Assembly: GCF_006345805.1 (NCBI RefSeq)
Contig: NC_043017.1
Location: 24,676,001-24,740,000, forward strand
DNA length: 64,000 nt
Direction: 5' to 3'
Source: Octopus sinensis
Taxonomy: Eukaryota
Shown here in pieces: positions 41,201 to 52,260 of this stretch (positions are counted from its first letter, which is position 1; each line of letters opens with the position of its first letter). The notes beneath the pieces are model-generated. The model searched no databases. It worked only from the letters and a program-made list of their open reading frames with translations, and had not been told where the DNA came from. The position numbers were made by a program, and so were the translations under genes.

Positions 41201-44200
41201 TTGCTTAATGCTTTCTTTCTCTTAGAGAGAGAGAGTGGGACAGCACTTAGTTTTTGCAAATCGCTAATTCTTGAAAGAAATATAGCTATGTATCGTATCA
41301 ACTGACTACTACTACCGCCGTTCAGTAGGAAAACAAAGCTCCTGGCAAATCGAGTCTGCAATTCAAACTCAAAGCCAGCTATTTCATTTATCTATCTCAT
41401 ATTGTCCGATGGCAATTCCTCCCTAAATGGTTTTGTGCTAGTCAAATGGAATGCATCAGAAATAGGTGGTAGGGTGAGTTTTGGTTCTAGTACTCTATAT
41501 GTATGCATATATATATCTATACATGTATGTATATAGATATAGATATTGTCTACTTTCCTTCAAGTTGTCCATGTATTTACATATGCATTTTTGAAATTCA
41601 TTTCGATTTGCATAGATACCTCTAGGTAGCTGCATGATTTGTTGGATTGCTTGACAATGCTTCGGTCCTGCAATCGGATTCTACTTGCAGTTGACTTGGC
41701 TTTTTTTCATCTATTTCTGTGGATTGGGTCAAAATAAAATAATGGGATTCAATTTTACTACCATCTCATTGAGAGAAAGGACAAGAACTTGATCCTGTAA
41801 TAAGTTCTATCCATTTATGATTGGATTATAATAGCCTAGTGGGTTCTACAGAACAAACTACTTCATCTTTGAAGGATTTGCACTTTTTTTTTTTACTTAA
41901 GATAATTGAATTTTTTTTTTTTTTTAAAGCAATTTCTGATTTAAAAAATGTATACTTCTGCATTAAATGTATATATAACCATATATATGGTAATATATAT
42001 ATACGTATATATATATAGCTCTATATATATACACACAATTTTTTTTTTCTTTGAAAGCTCTAAAACGTTAACCAGATGTGAAGAAGCAGGGAGGTATTTT
42101 TTTTCAATAAACATATATATTAAATATATAATATATATATAATGTTTTACATATATATATATATTATATATGTATATATACAAACACTCATAAACAGTAT
42201 TTGTCTTTTGTTTAATATCTATGCCTAATATTTGTTATTGTTTTCTTTTTGCTTTTTTTTTTTTTTCATAGACTTTCTATGTACATTTTTACCTGCTGAT
42301 TCCAGTTTTTTATTGAGCCCCTATTTACAAGAAAGTGGGAGGTAATTTTTTATTTTTTTTTTTTTTTAATTGTTTACCTGCTCAAATAATTTACTCTTAC
42401 ATATATATAAATATATATGTATATATAAAAAAAAAAAATTAATATGACTTCAGAATCTAAAATTACAGTTGGCTTTCCTTTTATTTTTCCCTCCCAACAA
42501 TCATCTTGGTATCTTTGCAACAGGGAAGTGTCGAGAGATGGTTATTAGTCTTCGGATAATAATAATATCAGCTTTTCTTTTTCTCTCTGTAAAGGCTGAA
42601 TGCAATCACCACTACATAAAGTGTGCACAATTTTCTTTTAAAGTGGTTCTGCATTATTGTGTTGGTATGTTTGCTCCACAATGTAAATTATTCTCCTCCA
42701 TGACTTATAGCTGTACATAGGAAAATTATATTTCCTTTCAATTCCCATCGCCGCCCTCCCACCCACTAATTTATTGGCACTTCACTGTTGCTTATTTTGC
42801 ATGAATTTTCTTTGAACAAGTTGAGTGAGCATGTTGACCTGTCTTGTCTTATATAGAATTGGGTGAAAATATCAATGTCAAAACTTATTCCATCTGACTG
42901 TTTTGTACGTCATAATTTTAAGATTTGAAATGAAAACTCTTTAAATGAAGTTACTCAAATAAACCATAGAATGCATTTTCAAATTTGAGTTTGCATGCTG
43001 TTTTAGGGAGAAAGTCATAGAAACTGATTCTGAAGTTATATTTTTATAGCTTAACCGAAACCTTTATTTTTTTTTATTATTTTTTTTTTTTAAATCTCTG
43101 CTACCTTGATAAGCTTTTTGTGTGGATGTAGATCTCTGAAGTTGCAATTTTTTTCTTGTATTTTTTTTTTCTTTGCTCTTGAAACATATGATCACTTTTT
43201 TTTTATTTCTTAGTTTAGGTGTTTGCATTTCCAGATGACTAGGTATTATATAGATACATATATATATTTTATATTTCGAGTAATCTGTTTAGAAACACTT
43301 TATATATTCATCTTCCTGCATAAATTACTAGATGTTTATATGCCAATACTTATCGCATTGCTGAAAAAAAATGCAATGGCAGAGTTTCAGGATTTACCAT
43401 TGTTTGTCATAGAGGAAGATTTATGATAAACTTTAAATTATTTAAAATAGTCATTGAATAGACGTGGGTTCAAGCCCCACAGATTCCTTACATTTTCATA
43501 CTGTCATGAGTGACTTTTTGTATTAGCACGTTTCACTTTAATAATGTAACTTGTTTTACATAAATTTATTCCTTTTTACTGGTTTATTCTTATCTATTAA
43601 AAGAAGAAAAATTAATTTGCTTCAATGATGTAAATTAATTTGGAATGCATTTTAAAATTTTCCAAAAATTTTTAGTTTATTTTTATCTCCCACCCATCAT
43701 GTATTGATGATTGTTAGCATTTGCGATCTACAGTATTTAAAAATAAATCCATGATTTTGTGCCTCTGTCCGATATTTGTTCTATATGATATTTTAATTTT
43801 GAAAAAAGAATTTTTTTTAATATGAATTTCCTTAAATCTGTATTGCGAATATCTTGTGATATCACGTTTACTTTTCGGATAAAACTAATAAAAGTTTCGT
43901 TATTCGTTTTTAAAAAAAAAAAATTTCACTATAAAATTGAAGAAAACTGCAGCAGTGTTCTCCATGATCTATTCATTGAATACTCTGTATGCTGGGCTTC
44001 AAGGTTGGGGTGGGGGAAAGAAAATTTTTTTAAATGTATGTGCTGAGGAGGGTTTGAAAAAAAACACAAAAATATGAAATTAGCGTATAATTAAATGGTT
44101 GAAATGTAAATGTTAAATTTAGGACAATTCTTTGGACTAATCATTTTTTTTTTTATTCCTAAATATTTATCAAACATAATTGCAAATCTTACATTTCTGT

Positions 44201-44875
44201 ATTGTTCTTGAGAGAATTCAATTTGATTAACATTACAATTCTGTTGCTGCTGCTGCTACTGATTCAAAAAAATTTTTTTTATTCCTAATATTTACAATAA
44301 ACGTTTTAAATTTCCTTGGGTTTGTAATGGAGTTAATAATACGGAAGATATTTGGGGAAATATAATTATATTAAATTTTGATGCCGATTGTTTTCGTTGT
44401 TTGTTGTTGCTGTTGTTTGTTGTTGATTAAACTTTCTCTTCAAGCATGAAGTATAAATGATATTCCTTGGTTAAAAATATTATTTATACTTAAAATTCCA
44501 ATTTAATGTTGAAGGGAAATTAAATATTGTATATATGTAAGGAATTTTACAAGTGTTAGAATTGTTCTTGTGTTTGAATCTGGATTTGTGATGACACTTC
44601 TGATATGTTTTTAGTCCTTTCAAAAACTACTTTACATTTCAACAATTTAATACTAGATGCAGGCTTGTGGACTTCCTCTTATCTCTACCTTTCTGTACGC
44701 ACTATCTATAAGGAACCATGCTGTATTTGATCGGTACTCGTATATGGAGAACACTGAAGCAATATTTTATTGAGAACTTTTTTTTTTTTCCTACTGTCTA
44801 TATGTTTTTTTTTTTTAATTTTCCCAGGAATCCTCTGATATAATTTTTTTTTTTTTTTTTTTTATCTTCTCCCCA

Positions 44876-44908
44876 ATGGAGGAACATACATATTACCTGG
44901 AAGTTTGA
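44876..44908 (+). promoter_or_regulatory. uORF (MEEHTYYLEV*) in the leader of gene A
   Basis: ATG at 44876 in caATGG context; TGA ends 22 nt before the main ATG; out of frame; preceded by T20 (44844-44863). Confidence 0.5.
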
Positions 44909-44930
44909 CTGACTGCGATACATTTTCAAG

Positions 44931-45857
44931 ATGGAGATGGACAACAAGCGTACCAACCTGATAATTAATTACATCCCACAAACTCTTACTGATGAAGAGT
45001 TTCGTTCTATGTTTTTAAGCATAGGTCCCATCAAATCTGCTAAAATAGTCAGAGACAAAGCCACTGGCTATAGCTATGGTTTTGGTTTTGTTGATTATGA
45101 GAATGTAGAAGATGCTCAGAGAGCAATGCAAACATTGAATGGACTTCAGATGCAGAATAAAACCATTAAAGTTGCTTTAGCAAGGCCTGGTGGTGAGGAG
45201 ATCAAAGGGGCTAATTTATATGTTAGAAATCTTCCTAGACATTACCAGCAGATGGACTTGGAACGTCTTTTTCAGCAATTTGGAACAATAATACAGTCGA
45301 GAGTTTTGACAGACCAGGCGACTGGTGTGTCAAAGGGTGTTGGTTTTGTTCTTTTTGATCAGAAGAAGCAAGCTGAGGAAGCGATAAACCAAATAACTGG
45401 CACAGTTCCTGCTGGTGGTACAGAAGCTCTACTTATTAAATTTGCTGATGACAATGCAAAGAAGGTACGTCCCCCTGCAATGCCCTACATCAATACTGCT
45501 CCATGCTTCCCAGCACCTGGTCCAATGAGAAGTCCTGGCAATAGATTCCGTTATAATCCAGTGACAGGCAATTACTCAACACCTAACTCTGGTTTGAGCC
45601 TCTCTCAGGGAGGATATGTTATTTTTGTATACAACATTGGAGCCAGTTCTTGTGAAAAAACCTTGTGGCAATTATTTTCTCCCTTTGGAACAGTCCAGAA
45701 AGTCAACATCATGAGGGATCATCAAAAGGGACAATCTAAAAATTATGGTTTTGTTACAATGACCAATCTTCAAGAGGCTCAGAATGCAATTGCACGACTT
45801 AATGGCTATGATTATGCTGGTTGTGGTCGACCTCTGCAAGTGAAGTTCAAGAACTAG
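44931..45857 (+). CDS. elav: ELAV/Hu/Sex-lethal family RNA-binding protein, 3 RRMs (copy A; elav2/Sxl-like), CDS in a single exon
   Basis: 308 aa; RRM1 TNLIINYIPQ..GYSYGFGFVDY, RRM2 ANLYVRNLP..KGVGFVLF, hinge GPMR..RFRYNP, RRM3 IFVYNI..LWQLFSPFG..YGFVTMTN..LQVKFK. Confidence 0.95.
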   Translation: MEMDNKRTNLIINYIPQTLTDEEFRSMFLSIGPIKSAKIVRDKATGYSYGFGFVDYENVEDAQRAMQTLNGLQMQNKTIKVALARPGGEEIKGANLYVRNLPRHYQQMDLERLFQQFGTIIQSRVLTDQATGVSKGVGFVLFDQKKQAEEAINQITGTVPAGGTEALLIKFADDNAKKVRPPAMPYINTAPCFPAPGPMRSPGNRFRYNPVTGNYSTPNSGLSLSQGGYVIFVYNIGASSCEKTLWQLFSPFGTVQKVNIMRDHQKGQSKNYGFVTMTNLQEAQNAIARLNGYDYAGCGRPLQVKFKN

Positions 45858-48800
45858 TGATTTCTAGGAAATTCCCCTTATTTTTAAAATAACATTTTTT
45901 TCTGTAAATCCCTCCCATTACATTTTTTTTTTATTAATCATTAAATTTTCATGCTGAAGGACATACATTATAGGTTTTAAAAAAGCCATGAAATAAAATG
46001 TTATGGTGTATCCTGGGATTTCCCCCTTCCCTTTCCTTCCTCTCATCTCCCATTTATTTTTTTTTCTCATGAGTTTTTTTTTTCTCCACCTCTCACATTT
46101 TTTTTTTCTATTTCCATAATAAACCCTTGTCATTGCAAAAAAAAAAAAGAAAGAAAAGAAAAAAAAAAACAAACTCCAGTCAACATTGACTGGAGATTTA
46201 GTTTACAATTTATTGCTATTTACTGTAAACCAAATAGGTTTTACTTGTTGAAACATTTTATCAAAAATACATTATGTATCTTAGAAAACATAAATCGCTT
46301 TTAGCGAAGTATTTTTTTTGTTTGTCTTAATTTTCTCTCTGTCTATCAGAATTAGCTATGAAAATGTTATCACTGAGCACACTCAAAACAATCTTACTGC
46401 ACATGAAAGCTGTCACTTGTCTTGATTTAAGCTAATATCCTCATCATCCCGGTATGCCTTTTTTTTTTTTAAATTTCATAAGGTCCTAATAGCTTTAATA
46501 TGCAGTAACAATATTTACTGTTTTTGAGTTGTTCAATTGTTTGCTTAGGGTTGTGTGAGTGTTTATATTTGTGTTTGCCTGTGTGAAGTTTGTGTACGAG
46601 ACGTTTTTTTTTTTTCCAAATACTTGTGTAAGATTTTTAAATATTTCAAAGAATAACTGAATTGTTGAAAAATAAACTTCCATGCTTAGTTTAATTTTTA
46701 ATAATTTTGGTTAAGAGTTGTTATATATTTATATATTATGTAATATATATTTAAAATTCACTTGACTAAAACTTTACAAAATTTCTCATTAAATGCTTGC
46801 TAGGTAGTGCATCAGTAAGTTTTTAATTTTTACAACTAAAGATAACAGCTGCTGGCTTTATATTTGGTGATTAGTTAGGAATTATTTCTAACCAGACACA
46901 CGATAGTGTTAAAGATATATTAGCCATAGGATTTATTTAAGAAAAAAAAATTGGGTAATGTAATTTTAATTGAAAGAATTTCCATTTTATGTTGAAAGAA
47001 ATAGCTCTGGGAAACTGTTACATTTAAAATGCTGTTCTGTGAGCAACCTATCCATCGAGTAAAGTCATTTGGGAGGGAAATAAGCTTCCATCGACCAGGA
47101 ATGCCAGTTTCTGTTTCCAGTTTTTTTTTTTTACCATTAACGAGATGAATGAAGACATAAAATATTCCAATGAAGATTCCAATTTATCCACCAAGATCTT
47201 CCTGTAATTGTCTGGAAGACTCGATTAGTTTTGAAATAAAGAACTATGTTTATTTCTGTGCAGGTAGGTTCAACTTTCTTCTATCCCTTCCTTCAGATAG
47301 AGATAAATAGGTTGGATTTGGTGAATTCTTGGGATAATTTATAAAAGGTCTTTTAATAGCTGACTTCTCTGAAAGCAAAAGCATTTGGCTGGTATTCTGA
47401 TTAATTTGAAGTTTTAAAAATAAAAATAATGGGTCTTTTTTTTTTAAAGGCAAAAAGTTGTCACTATTTGCTTGTGTGTGTTAAGTGTCTTGCTTCAGGT
47501 AAAATTGATTTTTCCTGTTTTGTATTGTCAAATATTCAGAAATAATCTTATAAAAGGTGAAGTTTTAAAGCTTTGGATTGTGACTGTGGATATTGATTTA
47601 GATAAAAAAATACTGGTCTTTTTTGCTTGAGAGAATAACAAACAAAAAAGTGTGATTTTTATCAAGTTCTTGTTGGCTGTTTCTCGCTACTTATATTTTA
47701 AAATTATTCTTTAATGGTTTTGGTGTATGTCTTTTTCATTTCTCATGTTAAGAAAAATGTCGTTTAAATTTAATTTGGTTTCAAAATTTTAACTTCGACG
47801 TGTAAAAGGCCAGTCAGAACCTTGTTGACTAGAAATATTGACAGGAAGTGATGACGGCATCTTTAGTGTCACAGTTGGTTTACAATGTATATAGTACTGG
47901 TATATCATCCGAATTGATTTCATTTACTCTCAGCTACTAACTTGTCAATAATTGAATTCTTAAAATCTAGTTGGTATCATGAATATTGTATTATGCAAGT
48001 AACTTAAAATTAATTTGGACTGTTTTTAGGCAATTGAAGATAATTCTAGATTAAAACAGCTTTCATGTTAAAACTTTTGTAATATCAAAAGGTTTGCTTT
48101 TTTTTTTCTTTATATTTTTTTTTTTTAGCGAGTGGGTGAGATTACCAATAAACATTATATTGTTTAACAACTTAGCTATTTTTTTTCTCCCCCCTTTCTA
48201 TTGAAAAAAGTAATTTTTGTTATGTGATTAGTTTTAAAACCTTCCAGCTTTCAAGAAGTCCTTTAATAAAGGTCTTGCTAATTACTAATCCATGGTAATT
48301 AGTGTTTAAAAAGTAACAAGATTCTTAGAACAAATCAAAAAGAGTTATGACGATAGGGTTTAAAGGGTTTTTTTTTTAAATGACTTTTTAGAAAAATATT
48401 TAGGTTTTATTTTTGCTTTAATTCCCAATTTTAAATTAATCTCAGATAAAATTCCAAAACATTTTTACTTGTGGCTCAAACAAACCTTCATGTTTTGTCA
48501 TGATTATCATATGCTATCTAAGAGTTAGTTTAGATGTTTTTTTTTCCCCCTCATCACATTTTGAGGTTTTAAATATCTGTAAATCTGCACCCATGTTTAT
48601 CTTACAAAAAAAAAAAAACCAAAATAACCCCAGGTATTTAACTTAATCCTGTAGACTTTAAATCCTATTTGTGAGTGACTGGCCTCTCCCCATTTGGATA
48701 ATAACAGGTGTCATTTCAGATGCTTAATAAAAATGTTAACTAAATAGAGTTGATTTTTCTCACAAACATTTTTATATTTTGATAAAGGACTAGAAGTGTG

Positions 48801-49420
48801 AGGAAAGTGCATAACCTAGAGAGTAAAATGATAAAAATTTCTTCTAAGTTGCAGATACTGTACGTTACCAAAGACCCATTATTTTATTTTTTTATCTTTT
48901 TTCTTCTATAACTTCATGATTTGTCAATCCTCTCCACCTATTTTTCTATCCTTCCACACCCCTATACCTGAATTTTATTTCCCGCCCTGTCCCCCCAAAA
49001 AATGCTAACTTAGTTGACCATGGAACCCCAGTGTACTTCATACCAACTGCTGTGCTTTGTTACTGCTTTTGCCTACCCACGACTGACTGTTCAGGAGGCT
49101 TGTTGCATTTTATAGATTGGTTAGTTATTTCAATTAAGCTACTGTTCCTTCCTGGTCCCACATGGACAAAAAAAAAAAAAGCCCTCATATCATGGTAGCT
49201 ATCTGGAGTATTTCAAACCCTTTTTACTTTATTGTTGCCAAATTGTTTTTCTTAAAGTTACATTTGTAACATTTTCATTTAATTGAAGATAACTTTAAAT
49301 ATTAATTTTTAATAAAAAAAAACTTAAACATTTTTACATCGATTGCAATAAATGAATGTTTGAGATTTGGACATACACTTAACTGTACGACTGACAATCG
49401 CAACCACTTTTACATTTCAG

Positions 49421-50020
49421 GGTTACGGAAGAACCAGAGGACCACATGGTGTTTACCATTCTCATCAGAGATAAAAGTCTTAATCATGGTCTGGGTGGGT
49501 AAACAATATTAGTATAATTCTTCCAAGCTGATAAGTGTTTTCATTTAATTTGGTTTCAGAGTGCTAAATATATTTAGCATTGTAATCTTTTTGAACTAAA
49601 AATATTCTCTCTGTTTCAGGGGGATAACATAAAATTTGGATTTTCTTTTTATTAATGGTAAGTTAATACTTTTTGAAAATTACCTTAATTTAACTCGTTA
49701 TGTATTTTCCTTTATTAAGTCAATGTTACTTACATTTTTTCTTTTTTTAAATATATATTTTTCAGGATTAATTTCATTTCAAATTTGATGTTTAAAGATA
49801 ACCAAAGAAAATATCGTAGACCAAAGAGATGAGATGTAACCAAAGAGATGAGAAATCTTATTGAATATAATCAGCAAAGAAGTTTTTTCGTTTTTTTTTT
49901 TTTAATACATTTTAATGCATTTATGGTCAAATTATTTTCATACCTCTCAAAACATGAGATTCCATTTTAATTTTGCAATCTCTGGTTGACATTAGAAAAT
50001 AAAGTAAGCACCATTTTGAT
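49421..50020 (+). other. Candidate spliced non-coding exons (49421-~49498, 49620-49657, 49766-~50020)
   Basis: Three tttcag|G acceptors (49420, 49619, 49765), donors gg|gtaaac (49499) and atg|gtaagt (49658), and AATAAA at 49998-50003; no ORF. Confidence 0.5.
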
Positions 50021-51295
50021 TTGTGCTATTTGAAAGTTTAATGGGTTTTCACTTATTAATTCACTTGTTTTATATTCTGAAGGCATGCTTCAGCACGGAG
50101 AGCTAACCCAGAGACTTCACATTTGAAGAGCTAATTTTGAATTTGAGTTACAGATTCCAGTTTCAACTTTATCAAAACCTGGTTTATTCTTACATTTAGA
50201 TATATACACACGCATATATATATATATCAGATGAGGTGAAGGAACACACCAAGTCAGCTTGAGTCAATATATTTATTGTACCAAGACAGTTCTTTATAAG
50301 ATTCTTCAAATGATTTCAGGAACTGAAATGGAGAAGAAAAAGAGGGGAAGGGAAATATATAATTCAAAGTCATGATTGCCTTAGCAATGTGGTGAGGGGG
50401 AGGGAGGAGAGAAGCACTGGAGCAAAACAATTTTTGTGGCAGCATTACAGCCAGCAGAATTTATTTATTAGAAAATATTACAAGGAATGATCTGAGATGT
50501 TTTTGTTGTTTTTGTTTTTTTATTCATACATTCATGAAGACACCTAACATAATTGAATAATGAATAGTGGACCAGTCAAACCAATATTTTCTGCCTTAAT
50601 ATGGACATTTGCAAGAATGCTTGCGTTCTTACTAAAAAGAGAGAGAGAGAGAGAGACAGGAAGGGGAGAAAAAAAGGTTTTGGGAGGAAAACGTATAAAA
50701 ATAAATTTAAAAATTCAATAAATTAAAAACAAAAAGGGGAGGTGAAATGAAATTACATTAGGGGTGCTATTTTTTTTTTTCTTTTTTTGTCAAACTGCTG
50801 CGTTTGTGTATTGAAGCCACAAAACATGCTAATCCCTTAGTATCAGTTTTTGTTTTTGCTTTTTTTTTTTTTAAACACACATCTATCAATACAAGATGTT
50901 ACCATTTTAAGTTCTTTTGAAAATAAGTCAAGGTAACTATAAAGAAATAATCATAATAAAAGAAAATGCAACAACTATTGTATTGCCACTAATTAGCTTA
51001 AGAACAATATGTAATAATAATAAAGTTAAAAGAAAGGGAAGCTGCCATTTCTTAAAATTACTGATAACTTTGTAACCTTTGGGAGAGGGAAGGGGAGGAG
51101 AAATCACCTCCAAAGTGATACAGAGTTGGTAGCAGCTTCGATTGCCACTTTTGCTTTTTAAATTCCACAGTAAAGAAGCCGAAAAGTAAATTAATAGTAA
51201 AACAAAATAAGAGTATAGATATTTTTAACTAAAAAAGTAAAAAATAAAAAAAGAAGGGGGGTAAATGAAAATAACCCATATAAGACTCAAGTAAA

Positions 51296-52252
51296 TTATT
51301 TGTTTTTAAAAGAGACTTGGAGGGGTCCCCAACCGCGATAGCGGTATCCATTGAGCCTGCCGACAGCATTTTCTGCTTCGTGTTGGTTAGCCATCGTGAC
51401 AAAGCCATAACCTTTTGTCTTCTGATGTACACGCACAATGTTGGCCTTTTGCACAGTACCAAAGCCGCAGAAAAGCTGGCCCAGGTCAGATTCATCCATA
51501 TTGCCAGTGTTGTAGATGAACAACACTGGACTGTTAGACATGTCATTATTTGGGTTAGGGTTGGGGTTGTTAGGAGAGTAATTGACAGGCACCGGACTTG
51601 TAAATCGTTCATTACGCATGAGCATAGGCGTGGAGAAAGTTTGTTGTATGCTGTTATTATTGTTCATGTATTGTTCATGTGGAGGGCGAGTTTTTTTAGA
51701 ATTGGGAGCTTCATTAGCAAATTTTACTATTATTGGCTCACTACCACCTGGAGGTATAGTTTGATTCAAGTCAGCAATGGCAGCTTCTGCCATTTTTTTC
51801 TGATCATACAAAACAAAGCCTACTCCCTTAGATTGGTTAGTGTTTGGATGAGTCATTATTCTGGAACGGATGATAATACCATAAGGTTCAAAGAGCTTAA
51901 CAAGGTCGCTCTGAGCATAATGATTTGGTAAATGGCTCACATAAACATTGGCCCCCTTCACCCCAAGACCACTGGGCCTAGCGAGCGCCACTTTGATTCT
52001 TTTGTTCTCAATATGAAGTCCATTTAAAGTTTGAACTGCTCTTGCAGCATCTTCTGGGTGTTCGTAATCTACAAATCCAAATCCGTAGCTGTATCCTGTT
52101 GCCCTGTCTTGAATTATTTTTGATGACTTAATTGGACCAATAGTCAGGAACATGGCTCGGAATTCTTCATTGGAAAGACTTTGTGGGATATAATTCACTA
52201 TTAAGTTGGTTAGATTCCCACCATTATCTTCACAGTGATCTTCTGTTGCCAT
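51296..52252 (-). CDS. elav: ELAV/Hu/Sex-lethal family RNA-binding protein, 3 RRMs (copy B, diverged paralog), CDS in a single exon
   Basis: 318-aa intact ORF colinear with copy A (TNLIVNYIPQ, GYSYGFGFVDY, KVALARP, KGVGFVLY, KGYGFVTM, LQVSFK); Kozak GCCATGG; acceptor ttttctag| at 52324/52323. Confidence 0.92.
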   Translation of the reverse strand: MATEDHCEDNGGNLTNLIVNYIPQSLSNEEFRAMFLTIGPIKSSKIIQDRATGYSYGFGFVDYEHPEDAARAVQTLNGLHIENKRIKVALARPSGLGVKGANVYVSHLPNHYAQSDLVKLFEPYGIIIRSRIMTHPNTNQSKGVGFVLYDQKKMAEAAIADLNQTIPPGGSEPIIVKFANEAPNSKKTRPPHEQYMNNNNSIQQTFSTPMLMRNERFTSPVPVNYSPNNPNPNPNNDMSNSPVLFIYNTGNMDESDLGQLFCGFGTVQKANIVRVHQKTKGYGFVTMANQHEAENAVGRLNGYRYRGWGPLQVSFKNK

Positions 52253-52260
52253 GGCAACAG
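52243..52260. promoter_or_regulatory. 18-bp perfect palindrome containing RFX X-box consensus GTTGCCATGGCAAC
   Basis: CTGTTGCCATGGCAACAG centred on gene B's start codon. Function is unproven. Confidence 0.45.

Noticed and set aside
46050-46173. U-tract/hairpin/U-tract plus downstream A-tract resembling an ENE triple helix
   Set aside because: No complementary lower stem closes the U-rich loop.
47848-47960. GTGATGA C-box, possible intronic C/D snoRNA
   Set aside because: No CTGA D-box or terminal stem at a suitable distance.
51317-51931. 204-aa plus-strand ORF, and the 127-aa alternate-frame ORF at 51229-51612
   Set aside because: Shadow frames of gene B's CDS with no recognisable domain.
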